From: Mustelus asterias
Lineage: Eukaryota
NCBI RefSeq assembly: GCF_964213995.1
Contig: NC_135830.1
Location: forward strand, 992,001 to 1,056,000
DNA: 64,000 nt
Reading direction: 5' to 3'
The notes beneath the pieces were generated by a model. That model did not search any database. It saw only the letters and a program-made list of their open reading frames with translations, and was not told the origin of the DNA. Shown here in pieces: positions 9,595 to 22,790 of this stretch. Position numbers and translations under genes: made by a program. How positions within the stretch are numbered: the stretch's first letter is position 1; every line of letters begins with the position of its first letter.

Positions 9595-12429
9595 TGGTCG
9601 AACATTATCAATCTGCATTGCTCAGTCTGTGCGATAGGTTACACTGTGACTATAATATCCATAGTCACACTACTGGAATTTGTATCCAATGAATTTGGAC
9701 AATCCTGTCGAGTTATAGGGAATACTGCCAACATGTTGCGTTTGTTTCCATTCACACTGTTTTTCTTTTCATTTTATTGAAAACAATATTATTTCCTGAG
9801 GTGTGGCAGTTGTTAGCAGGAAAAGCATTCCTCATGAATGTGAAAGTGGTCGTGATTCGCCTATTTAAACGTGTACAGTTCGACTGATGCAGGTGCATAT
9901 AAACTGCTGCGAGGAACAAAGTTCTTATTGATCAGATTAATAATATTATATATATTCAAGCACTGCGAGAGAGCAGTGACAGGGTTCCAAGTCAGGGTGC
10001 TGTGTGGTTTGGAGGAAAATGTTCGAGTCGCATTTTTCCGATCCATTTTTGTTTTTTCCTTCAAAAGAATCAAGGTTTCGTGTTTGGATTGTCCTTTCGA
10101 AGATGTCTCTGCAAATTACTCTACAACAACCTGGCCATACATTAAAGTAAGATCAGTAAAGCCTAAATGTCAGCTTTGAGCAATAAAAAGATGTCACGCA
10201 AACAATATGAATGAAGTAGCAATTATTTAACTCGACTCGAACTGCATTATTGGTAGTAAACCTTTGCTCATTTTTGCTGTGATCGTTTGACCTTCAGTTA
10301 TATATTGCATTGTGCACGTGAATTGTACGAATGCCTTTGATAGATTTCTACCGCAGAATCGGCAAAGATATTAGCCAAAACATAATTACTGAGATTTTCC
10401 AAATTGCTTCACGTTCTGTCTGCTTCGCTGGCTATCTCTGCATGTATTGTCTATTCCTCTTTGACCCTGAAGGTGCATTACGAATGTGCAACAGAGGTCT
10501 AAGTTCGATTGCAAATGTGCAAATAAAATATTCCACAGGAATTTTTCTTGGCCAAGTTCGTCTACTCAATATATCCATATTTTTTAATCAGTCCTGCTCC
10601 AAAAATCCCTTATCTACCGTCAGACTGCGTCCTTGACCATGCGGCAAACTTACATTAAGAATGTGTCTTTGCAACTTCGATGATAAATTAGAATCACTAA
10701 GGAGCTTTCCACTTCATATTTGCAATATCACTAAGGCCCCCTATTTGCAATCCTATAGCAGCTCGAATCACCTATATCTCAGCTCGCCTTGCATGGACCC
10801 CTCATCTTTGCCTCCCTTACCTCTATATTCGATCATTTCAATGTATTCCTATCTCCCACACAATACCCACAGTAAATTGAAGGTGATGTAAGCATCTAAT
10901 GTCCATATCGTAAGACACATAAGGTCCCATTTTCCTCCAACACCTGTAATTTCAATATTGTCATCCTTGTTTACAAAACCCTCTCGTGCTTCAGATTTTT
11001 GTATCGCTGTAATCTCCGCCAAACGCTCAACCATTGATGATGTTCATGCCTCTAATTGTAGTCTCCAGTACACTCCCAGTTTTAATTGCTCCACCACTTG
11101 TGGGACACAAGCCGTCTACCTGTCTGCCGCACGACCTTGCTTTCCCATTTTAATACAGTTGTTATAAGTTGCCTCTTTATCAGGAGCTTCATAAATTGAC
11201 CGAATATTTCCTTATTTGTCTCGATCCCATTATTTCATTCATAAGGAACTGGTGATAGTTGTGGGGACGTTCATTACCTTGAAGGCGCTGGATAAATATT
11301 AGTTGTTTTATGCGGTGGCCCTATGGAGAGTGTTCCAAAAGGTGGGTGTGACACTAAAATTAAAAGCAAATGCATATTGTTAATAATTAGAAGACCAAAG
11401 CTATTTTTTAAATGGAACAATGAGCTATGTTCTTAGATGTCATTCAATCAGAAACTTTGAGATGAGTAAACAAAAAAATATATACTGGGATTGAAACCCT
11501 GAATAGAGCTTTGTTCGGTTTTTGGAATGAGCAGAGGGGCTAAGTGACATTTGGTCCTTTAATATGGTATGGAGATTGAGGCTTCAAACACTGCACAAGA
11601 CATAACTTGTCGTTTTATTCATTCAAAGGTGCACATGTCTCTGGGAAAACCTATATTAATTGTCTCTCCCTCGTTACACATGATAAATTGTCGTGAGCTT
11701 CTTTCTGAGCAGGATGGCTCTGTTAGATAGAACTTAAGTGGAAATTACATTGTTGCGTTTTTGGGGTTTTTTACAAGTGATGTTGGTTCGGAACAGTAGA
11801 TATTGTTCCATAATGGAGAATACACCCTAAAAGGCGTCATTTTTGACATTGTGTATCTTCATGGTCAGCATTGCAGATCGTAGCATTTTAGTTACAGATT
11901 TATTATTTTACAGTTTTTATTTAACTCGAAAGCTGCTATGGTGTTTTTTGAAATTACCTCTCTATTATTAGGCCAGCTGTAAAAGTGTTTGTTCTGCAGC
12001 TTAGTCAAACTGTTGCCACTCTGGTTCACCAGAGATTTCACAAGCAAGAGGCTAAATAAATACGAATGAACAAATAAGTGAATTGTTCAATTTCCTTCAA
12101 AATAAATTTGAGTACGGGTCGATACAATAAGAATGTTTTAAAATATTGAAAAGGAGGAAAGGTTGGATAAAAGAAGAAAAAAAGAGTTTTCAATTGTTAG
12201 GAGGTGTCAGAGGTACATTGTTAAATTTTTATTAAGTTTAGAAAAATTATCGAATGAATTGTCTTCATAAATAAACTTGTGAATCTGTGAAATTTACCAA
12301 CATGTTAAATGTTTCGTTCATGAACAATGTCAACATCCACATTAAGCCTGGGTTGACTGGTGAATCGAAGGCGTGTGGAGTCATCAGCAATCTTTGATCT
12401 CCTGAACAGAACTCAAGAAACAAAATTAT

Positions 12430-12790
12430 TCTTCGGGGGTTAGGCGGGGTAAATTTTCAGAGGATATTTGTACTCATGGGAGAGTAGAGGACCATAGGAC
12501 ATAGTCGCAGGATAAAGTTGCGATCATGGAAGACGGAGTTGGGGAAGAATTTTTCCTCTCAAAGGGTCGTGATTCTTTCTAATTCTTTACCCCAAGAAGC
12601 TGCGGAAACCTAGTAGTTGAGCATTTTAAAGGCTCAGATTGATAGGTTCTAAATAAGTATGGGAATTAAGGGTGACAGAGATAAAACAGGAAGGTGGATT
12701 ATGTGAGTGGTAAATCAGCTTTAATATTATTAAATGACGGAGCAGACACAAAGAACTGAACGGTCTATTCCTGTTCCTATTTCTAATAGT
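12430..12790 (+). mobile_element. Old CR1 3' fragment
   Basis: Degenerate TRGH/FFSQRVV coding and 3' tail. Confidence 0.6.
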
Positions 12791-13129
12791 CTTAAATTCA
12801 CTGCTGTTGTCAGAAGTAAACATGCATTACCTCCTGACAAGTGCTGGGCCATACTTTTGTTGGAATGCACAGGTCGATATCATATTGAGAGTAGTGATGG
12901 ATACTTTTACAGCCCTCCATTCTTGTTGATGATCAATGCACAGGGGAATTTTTGGGGTGAATTACTGTAGCTAATTGAAATTTCTGGAAGAGTTGAAAGA
13001 TGCATTTCTTCTGCTATTCTGTTACCTTTGTTTTGGCACTCTAACTGTGATAATACTGCTGCCGTCAGGAGATCTTCGATCTTTAATATCTATGGGTGTT
13101 AAATCACAGTCTCGAAGTACCTTATATAC

Positions 13130-13810
13130 TGGAGCAGAGATAGGCAATTCAATCCCTCGAGCCTGCTCCGCCATTGAACAACATGCTGGTTATTCTCTTT
13201 GCGTTTTAAGTGCTACATTCCTGTAATTTTTGGCATCTTTCCGAACAATAATCTATCTACTTCCGCCCTGAAAAGATTCAATGACCTGGCTTCCTCTGCT
13301 TTCTGAGGCAGAGAATTCCAAAGCTGCAAATAGAAAAATAATCACTTCATTGCTGTCCCAAAAAGCAGACCACTAATTTGAAAACGATGCACCCCCTAGT
13401 TATGGGTTCACCCACAAGACTCAGAATGTCATCTTTTCCACGTCTACTGTGTGAATACTATTTAGAATCGTATAGACTTCAATCAGGTCACAGCCCACAA
13501 TTCGAAACTCCACTGGAAACAAACATAGTATTTTGACATTAGCCTCATAAGAAAACCGACTCATTCCAGTAATAAATTCAGCAAACCTGTTCCAACCCAC
13601 TTATATCCTTGTGTAAATAAGGAGATGAAAACTGCTCACGTTATCCAAAATGCAGTCTCACCAATGCCTTGTATAACTGAAGCATAATATGGTTATTTAT
13701 GAGTTCATTTCCTCTCTTGTTAAATTATGCATTTGCGTTAGCCTTCTTAATTAATAGGTTTTGGGGCTCATGCACCAGAACAATTAGATCCCTCTGAAAT
13801 TTGGAATTTT
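13130..13810 (-). mobile_element. Old CR1 3' fragment
   Basis: Degenerate similarity to the CR1 3' ends at 28688 and 33721. Confidence 0.6.
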
Positions 13811-15015
13811 GCAGCAGTTCTTCGCTTCAGTCATAGTTTTTTTTCCTCACAATCTTATTCAGAGGGCAGCAGTTTAAGAATACCATGGGTAGTGTAATGT
13901 TGAAATGGTAGAATTAAATGTTTTGGCACCTGATGCTTAGCTGAAAAATCCAGGCCAATGTAAGATTAGGTGAGCTTCATTATCCATGAACATGCTGCGT
14001 GATGAGGATTCAAATGTGCAGATTTTTTTTAAATTCAGTGAAGTATGCAAAAATCGTAGCATGCATTCCGAGTAAAGCCAACGTCCAAAATTCAGCTTTG
14101 AATCGCGGGCAAATACAATTATCCTCCTGCGTTTAACACTCCATTATCCCAAATTCTATTATTTTTTCCTCTCAAAGATGTAAAATGTGTTTGGCTGAGT
14201 TTACACAGACTCATTATATGTCAGATATCGAGTGTCCAGATTTCTCTGTTAAAGTTATGCGAGATGTTACGAATCTCCATGATTTTTTTGTGGATTATGC
14301 CAATAAGTCGAAATTAGTGTGTCTCGCGATATTTACTGTAAGGGAATCTGCAGACGTTCCATAATCTTCCACATCCAATCTCAGAAAATAAGTAGCATAA
14401 GGAAGGATAAAGAAAGTTGGGATAAATGTTATAGATTCAGATTTATTGTACCTTACAAATGATGGTTTGCCAGGAATCTGCACTGGTGTTTCAAATATCC
14501 ACCATATTTATTCATGACTTGGACGACAGATTCGAAATTTGCGTATCAATGTCCGAAGGGGAAGTAAGCACGTATCAGAATAAGTTGTACAGGTGGGATC
14601 ACAACTTTTCATTGGTAAATACACAATTTAAAAATGTGCATCCAACAGTACGGCAGATGCAGATAAATTGGAGAGAGATTAAATAACATGCTTTCCCTGC
14701 AAGTACAGTAAATGTATATATATTCTAAATGCTGAAGGATTATGAATTACCGAGAAAGAAGTCCGTTTCCAACCACACAAGGAAACATAGAAATTAATTG
14801 CAGGAGTAGGCCATTCGGCCCTTCGATCCTGCACCACCTTTCAATATAATCATGGCTGATCATGCACTTTCAGTATCCCACTCCGGCTTTCTCTCCATAC
14901 CCCTTGATCCCTTCAGCCGGAAGGGTCACGTCCAATCCATCTTGAATACTTCTAATGAACTGACCCCAACAGCATTCTGTGGTAGATATTTCCACAGGTT
15001 CATAACTCTGAATAA

Positions 15016-15904
15016 AGATTATCTCCGATAATCTCCAATTGCAATGGGATCTTGATCAATTGGGCCAGTGGGCTGACGAACGGCAGATGGAGTTTAATTT
15101 ACATAAATGCGAGGTGATGCATTTGGGTAGATTGAACCAGGGCAGGACTTACTCGGTTAATGGTCGGGCGTTGGAGAGAGTTACAGAACAAAGAGCTCGA
15201 GGGGTACATGTTCAGAGCTCCTTGAAAGTGGAGTCACGGGTGGACAGAGTGGTGAAGAAGACATTCAGCTTGCTTGGTTTCATTGGTCAGAACATTGAAT
15301 ACAGGAGTTGGGGCGTCTTGTTGAAGTTGTACATGACATTGGTAAGGCCACACTTCGAGTACTGTGTACAGTTCTGGTCACCCTATCATAGAAAGGATAT
15401 TATTAAACTAGAAAGAGTGCAGAAAGATTTACTAGGATGCTACCGGGTCTTGATGGCTTGAGTTATAAAGAGAGGCTGGATAGACTGGGACTTTTTTCTC
15501 TGGAGTGTAGAAGGCTGAGGGGTGATCTTATAGAGGTCTATAAAATAATGAGGGGCATAGATCAGCTAGATAATCAATATCATTTCCCAAAGGTAGGGGA
15601 GTCTAAAACTAGAGGGCATAGCTTTAACGTGAGAGGGGAGAGATACAAAAGTGTCCAGAGGGGCAATTTCTTCACACCGAGGGTGGTGAGCGCCTGGAAC
15701 AAGCTGCCAGAGGTAATAGTAGAGACGGGTTCAATTTTGTCTTTTAAAAAGCATTTAGACCATGACATGGGTAAGATGGGTATAGAGGGATATGGGCTAA
15801 ATGTGGGCAATTGGGATTAGTTTAGGGGCTTAAAAAAAAAGGGAGGCATGGACAAGTTGGGTCAAAGAGCCTGTTTCCATGCTGTAAAACTCTATGACTC
15901 TATG
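15016..15904 (+). mobile_element. Nested CR1 3' fragment
   Basis: ORFs 15039..15461 and 15437..15820 encode the CR1 RT C-terminus; (CTCTATGA)n tail. Confidence 0.9.
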
Positions 15905-18532
15905 AAAGATGTTCTTCCTCATCTCAGTCCTGAATGTCCTATTTTTTTTTCTTAGGCTGTGTCCCTTAGTTCTGGACTTCCCAACATGGGAACATTCTTC
16001 CCGCATCTAGCCTGTCCAGTCCCATTTGATTTGATACGTTTCTATTAGATCCCCTCTCATTCTTCAAAATTCCAGGTACAAGTCCAGTCGATCCAGACTT
16101 TCTTCATATGTCAGTCCTGCCATTTGGGGAATCGGTCTGATGAACCTTCGCTGGACTCCCTCATTGGAAGCATGTCCTTCCTCAGTCTAGGAGATCGAAA
16201 CTGCACACAATACTCAAGATGTGTCCTAACCAAGGCTCTGTATAACTGCAGCAAGTTATCCCTACTCCTATACTCAAATCCTCTTGCTATGAAAGCCAGC
16301 ATGCCATTAGCTTTCCTCACTGCCTGCTGTGCCTGCATGCGAACCTTCAGCGACTGTTCTATCATGAAACCCAGGTCGTGTGGCACTTCCTTTTTTTTCT
16401 AAACTACCACCATTCAGATAATAATCTTCCCTTTTTTGCCACCAGAGAGAATAACCTCTCAGTCATCCACATTATATTGCATTTACCCACTCAGTCAGCC
16501 TGCCCAAGTCACCCTGCAGCATCTTACCATCCTCCTCCTAGCAAACACATAGTCACCCAGCTTGGTGTATTCTGCAAATTTGGAGACATTGCATTGAATT
16601 TCTTCATCCAAATCATTAGTGTATATTGTGAAAAGTTGGGATCCCAGCACTGAACCATGTGGTGTATGAGTCAATACCTGCCGTTCTGAAAAGGAGCCGT
16701 TTATTCCCACTCTCTTTTTCGTGTCTGGCAACCAGTTCTCTATCCACATCAATACATTATCCCCAATACTATGAGCTTTAGTTTTGCTCACTAATCTGTT
16801 GTTTGGGACCTTGTCAAAAGTATTTTGGAAATCCCAATACACAACACCCACTGGTTCACCCTTGTACACTCTGCAAGTCACGTCCTTAAAAAAAACACAC
16901 ACAAGATTTGTCAAGCACGATTTTCCTCGTGTGAATCTACGCTGACTTGGAGGCAACCTATCACCGCTTTCCAAATGCTCAGTTGTTACATCCTTAATAA
17001 CTGACACCAGAATTTTCCCCACCGCCGATGTCGATTATTCCCTTTTCTCTCTCCCACCTCTTTGAAACAGTGGGGCTGCATTAACTACCCTCCAATCCAT
17101 TCGAACTCTTCCAGAATCTATAGAATGCTGGAAAATGATCATCAGTGCGTTCACTATTTCTAGGGCCACGTCAATAAGTACTCTGAGATTCAAAACATCA
17201 GGCCCTGGGATCTTTCAGGTTTTAATTCCAGAAAATTCCAAAATACAATTTCCTGACTAATATCGATTTCCTTCAACTCCTCCTTCATGCTAAACTCCAT
17301 ATCCCTTAGTATTTATGGAAGTTTTTTTGTGTCCTCCTCATTAATACACCTCCAAAGTATTTGTTCAGATGTTCTATCATCTCTCTGTTGCCCATTGTGA
17401 ATTCACTTGATTCTAACTAAGGGACCACCTTTGTCTCCAGCAGCCTATTTTTTTCTCTTCGCATATCTATAGAAACTATTGCAGTCAGTTTTTATGTTTT
17501 CCCCAAGCATGCTCTCCTCTTCTATTTTCCCCTTCTGAAGTAAACCTTTTGTCCTGCTCTGCTGAATTTTTAAGTTCTCCCAGTGCTCAGCTTTGCTGTT
17601 TTGGCTGGCCAATTATTATGCCTCTTCTTTTGCTTTAAGACTATCTCTGATTTCCCTTGTTATCCATGGTTGAACCACCTTCCCCGTTTTCCTCATACGC
17701 CAGAGAGGGATGTACAGTTGTTGAAGGTGATTAATGTGTTATTAAAATCTCTTTCATTTCCTGTCCACTATTAACCCCTTCAGTACCATTTGCAAGCTTA
17801 TCCTAGCCAATACACGTCTCATACCATAAATGTTAGCTTTCCTTAATTTCAGGACCCTCGTCTCAGACTTAATAGTTCCGCCCGCCATCTTAATGAAGCA
17901 TTCTACCATATTGTGGTCACTCTTTCCCAAAGATCTCGCACCACAAGATTGCTAATTAACCATCTCTCGTTACACAATACCCAGCCCACGATGGCCTGCT
18001 CTCTAGTTGGTTCCTCGATATATTGGTCGTGAAAACCATCCCTATACTTTTCAGGAAATCCTCCTCCACCGCTTTGTTACCAGTCTGTTCAGCCCAATCA
18101 ATATGCAGGTTGAAATCACACAACAACTGCTGTACCATTATTGCACACAGCTCTAACTTCCTACTTGAGGCCATCCTAAACCTCACTACTACTGTTTGAT
18201 GGCCTGTGCACAACTCCCACTAACGTTTTTTTTGTCCTTTGGCGTTCCGCGTGTCCACCCATGCAGATTCAACATTGTCCAGGCAAATGTCCTTCTTGAC
18301 TATTGCGTCAATCTCCTCTTTAACGAGCAAAGCTACCCCACCCTCTCCCTTTCCATCTATCTTTCCTGAATATAGAATACCCCTGGATGTTGAGTTCCCG
18401 TCATTCTTCACTCTGGAGCCAAGCCTGTCATTGCTATTACATCATATCCGTTCATGACTGCCTGTACAGTTAATTCATTCACCTTATTACAAGTGTTATT
18501 ACACTTTAGTTATGCCTTATTACAAGGCATAA

Positions 18533-18780
18533 CTGTAGGGTTCATGGTGGGAGATATCGGAAGGATATCAGAGGTCGGTTCTTTACGCAGAGAGTGGTTG
18601 GGGTTGGAATGGACTGCCTGCAGTGATAATGGAGTCAGATACTTTAGGAACATTTAAGCCGTTATTGGATAGGCACATGGAGCACACCATGGAATAGCTT
18701 GTCTTGGTTTCAGATAAAGCTCGGCACAACATCGTGGGCCGAAGGGCCTGTTCTGTGCTGTACTGTTCTATGTTCTATGT
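18533..18780 (+). mobile_element. Nested CR1 3' fragment
   Basis: FFTQRVV-like coding and (TTCTATG)n tail. Confidence 0.75.
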
Positions 18781-20496
18781 TTGTTCCTCACATTAAGGCA
18801 CAGAGTTTCCAGGCCTTTTTTTGTTGATGCATTTAATGCCCTCTCAGAATTCGGATGTAATGTGGCCCTTTTTGATTTTTATCTTTGCTTTCTGTGCCTT
18901 CCACTTTTCCCCTCACTGTCTGTTGTTTCTGTCTCCACTTCACTTCCGTCTGACTTCCTGCATCAGTTCCAATCCCCTTGCCATATTAGTTTTAAGCCTC
19001 CCCAACATATTTGTATAATTGTTTTCAAAGATACAACAATAAATCAGATAAAAAGCTAATTGAATGTTATTTCAATTAATATAATTGCAGAGGATGTAAA
19101 GATATTCGTTACTTAGCCCAAAAGATGAGTGTTGGCATTTACACAGCACGGTGCTCTGAGGTATTTGGCATTTCTCACTAAGTCTTATTAAGATATCCCT
19201 TGTCCTATGCAGCTCAATAGTTAGAACTTGTTTTTAAAAACCTCGACGTTCTACGCATTACTAATGCTAAGGTGTAAGCTATGAGCTGTCTCCATGCTTG
19301 CTTCTATTACTGGTGGTTTGCGAGCGTTGGATTGTCACGTCACCACTATCAATGGGAATTCTCAGTCGCACGGGCGGGGGTGCACTGGCGGCGGGGCAGG
19401 AAAAACCCGCCAGCATGAACGCGGCTGGAGAATTCTTGCCAAAGTGTCTGGGAAGCAGAGAGAATCACTTTCATAACGTTGTGCCACAGGTTATTAAGAC
19501 AGTAAAGCAATGAATGTTTCAATTTGAGGTATATTAATGAAACCTCAGCAAGTTATGATAAACACGTAAGTCAAATTGTTTAGTCCACCGTTCTAGTATT
19601 GGATGTAGTTCTGTATGACACATTAGAAAATAAATTCAAACTGAGGCACAGAAGATAGTGCAGAAAATATGTTCAAGGATGATATTGGAAATGCTTCAAT
19701 TTACAATCCAGCTGGCTGCTCACAGCCTGCTTCACCTCTGTCTCCATAATGGTGAGATAATACCGGCCACTGAAATAAGGAATGTTTCAGAGACTGTATA
19801 GAGGAAATGTTTTCTTTGTAAGAAAGAGCATAATTCGAGCCCGTACGTATAAAAAGGGTCAGCAAGAAGTCGAACTTGGACTTCGAGTGAAACTTATTCA
19901 ATCAAAGAGTTGTGAGAAGGCAACACTCGCTACCCCGAGTTTGAATTGAACTTTATATTGGTGTTTCAATGAAATCTAGACAATGAAACTATGCAAAAGG
20001 GGAGAGAAGGTTGCACTGTTAGAAGTGGGAAGGATGATATAAGAATAAACTCGAGTGGAGCAACGGAACGCCCATCGACTGGTTGGAATTAACATCCTGC
20101 TTCGATGCCATATTACTTGTATGTTCATTTTTTACGAAGATCTCAACTGAATTAAAATTTTAATTATTAGTCACTATATTCTCAATATTTCCCCGAACTT
20201 TCTCATGACCAACAAATGGGAAAGCAATCGAGACAAACATCTGATTAACTATTTACATCATTAAATTTTGTGCGAAAGATAACAGCGCTCCATTCATGAG
20301 GCACATATGAATGAAGTGACCAGATTGTCATTAATGTAGTGAAGTTTATAGAGGAGTTTCACAGGAAGTTTAGCAAATCAAATTTGTGTTTGAAGAAAGA
20401 AGAGATGTTCGGCCAGGCAGGAAAAAGATGGGTCAGTGATATTGTTGGACAAATGTCACTTGGAGTCTGGAATTGTTGAAAGTCAGAAGATCTTTA

Positions 20497-20860
20497 TTTG
20501 ATTTGATTTGATTTATTATTGTCGCATATACTAGCATAGAGTGAAAAGTATTGTTTTTATTTGCGTGCTATGCAGACAAAACATACTGTTCGTAGAGAAG
20601 GAAACGAGAGAGTGCGGAATGTCGTGTTACAGTCATAGTTAGGGTGAAGAGAAAGATCACCTTAATGCAAGGTAGATCCATGAAAACGTCTGACAGCAGC
20701 AGGAAAGAAGCTTTTCTTCTGTCAGTTGGTGTGACCTCAGATTTTTATATCTTTTCTTTCCCCGACGGGAGAAGGTGGAAGAGAGAATGTCAGAGATGCG
20801 CTCGGTCCTTAATTATGCGGGCTGCTTTACTGAGGCAGCGGGAGATGTAGACAGTAATGG
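20497..20860 (-). mobile_element. LINE 3' end with (TCAAA)n tail, Rex1-like
   Basis: (ATTTG)n run followed by sequence matching 61905-62029. Confidence 0.6.
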
Positions 20861-20939
20861 AGAAAGATTCAAACGACAGAATATCTGATAGAACAGAGAC
20901 AGTGGTATGTATTAATATACTGTATTAATTTGGCTGGAT

Positions 20940-21757
20940 ATAAGACCATAAGACATAGGAACAGAATTAGGCTACTCGGCTTAGACTATGCCATGGAGCC
21001 TGCTCCGCAATTCAATCATGGCTGATATTTTTACCATCCCCATTCTCCTGCCCTTTCCCCATAACCCCCGATCCCCTTATTATCAATAACCTATTTATCT
21101 CTGCCTTCAAGACATTCAATGACATGGCCTCCACGGCCTTCTGCAGCAAAGTGTCCCACAGATTCTCCACTCTCTGGCTGAAGAAACACCTCCTCGTGTC
21201 TGTCTTAAGGATCGTCCCTTTAGCCTGAGGTTGAGCCCCCGCTTCTAGTTTTTCCTACTAGTGGAAACATCATCTCCACATTCACTCTATCCAGGCCTCG
21301 CAGTATCCTGTAAGTTTCAATAAGATCCCCCCCCCCACCTCATCCTTCAAATCTCCAGCTATTACAGACCCAGAGTTCTCAACCATTCCTCATAAGTTAA
21401 GCTCTTCATTCTGGGGATCATTCTTGTGAACGTCCTCTGGACCTTTTCCAAGGCCAGTACATCATTCCTTAGATACGGGGCCCACAACTGTTCACAATAC
21501 TCGAAATGGGGTCCGACGAGAGCCTTGTCCAGCCTCAGTGCATCCCTGCTCTTGTGCTCGAGCCCTCTCGACATGAATTCTAACATTACATTTGCCTTCC
21601 TAACTGCCGACTGAATCTTCACATTAAACTTACAAGAATCTTGAGCAAGGACTACCAAGTCCCTTTGTGTTTCTGATTTCCTAAGTATTTCCCCATTTAG
21701 AAAATAGTCCATGTCTCCATTCCTCCTTCCAAAGTACATAACCTCGCACATTTCTAT
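20940..21757 (-). mobile_element. CR1 3' fragment, same subfamily as 2707-4310
   Basis: RT C-terminus in ORF 21362..21880; CATAAGAC tail. Confidence 0.88.
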
Positions 21758-21844
21758 GTGGCCGATCTTTTTGTGTCTGTTCATGGTCTTCCTGTGCCTG
21801 TGGTAAGCGTGTTCTATAATATTCTCCTGGACTGATAAGCTACT

Positions 21845-22790
21845 ACAAAGAACAAAGAAGAACAAAGAACAGTACAGCACAGGAAACAGGCCCTTCGGCC
21901 CTCCAAGCCTGTGCCGCTCCTTGGTCCAACTAGACCAATCGTTTGTATCCCTCCATTCCCAGGCTGCTCATGTGACTATCCAGGTAAGTCTTAAACGATG
22001 TCAGCGTGCCTGCCTCCACCACCCTACTTGGCAGCGCATTCCAGGCCCCCACCACCCTCTGTGTAAAAAACGTCCCTCTGATGTCTGAGTTATACTTCGC
22101 CCCTCTCACCTTGAGCCCGTGACCCCTCGTGATCGTCACCTCCGACCTGGGAAAAAGCTTCCCACTGTTCACCCTATCTATACCCTTCATAATCTTGTAC
22201 ACCTCTATTAGATCTCCCCTCATTCTCCGTCTTTCCAAGGAGAACAACCCCAGTCTACCCAATCTCTCCTCATAGCTAAGACCCTCCATACCAGGCAACA
22301 TCCTGCTAAACCTTCTCTGCACTCTCTCCAATGCCTCCACGTCCTTCTGGTAGTGCGGCGACCAGAACTGGACACAGTACTCCAAATGTGGCCTAACCAG
22401 CGTTCTATACAGCTGCATCATCAGACTCCAGCTTTTATACTCTATACCCCGTCCTATAAAGGCAAGCATACCATATGCCTTCTTCACCACCTTCTCCACC
22501 TGTGTTGCCACCTTCAAGGATTTGTGGACTTGCACACCTAGGTCCCTCTGTGTTTCTATACTCCTGATGACTCTGCCATTTATTGTATAACTCCTCCCTA
22601 CATTATTTCTTCCAAAATGCATCACTTCGCATTTATCCGGATTAAACTCCATCTGCCACCTCTCAGTCCAATTTTCCAGCCTATCTATATCCTGCTGTAT
22701 TGCCCGACAATGCTCTTCGCTATCCGCAATTCCAGCCATCTTCGTGTCATCCGCAAACTTGCTGATAACACCAGTTACACCTTCTTCCAA
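21845..22790 (-). mobile_element. Young 5'-truncated CR1 with open RT C-terminus
   Basis: ORF 21930..22943 from LEEGVTGVISKFADDTK to the stop is uninterrupted; (ACAAAGA)n tail. Confidence 0.93.

Larger units (their letters stand above)
14783..19005 (-). mobile_element. Long degenerate CR1 ORF2 (endonuclease to RT) with two nested insertions
   Basis: Peptides GEGGVALLVKEEI (APE region), GKSCLTNL, GSVLGSQLFTIY, LEYCVQF in several frames. Confidence 0.85.
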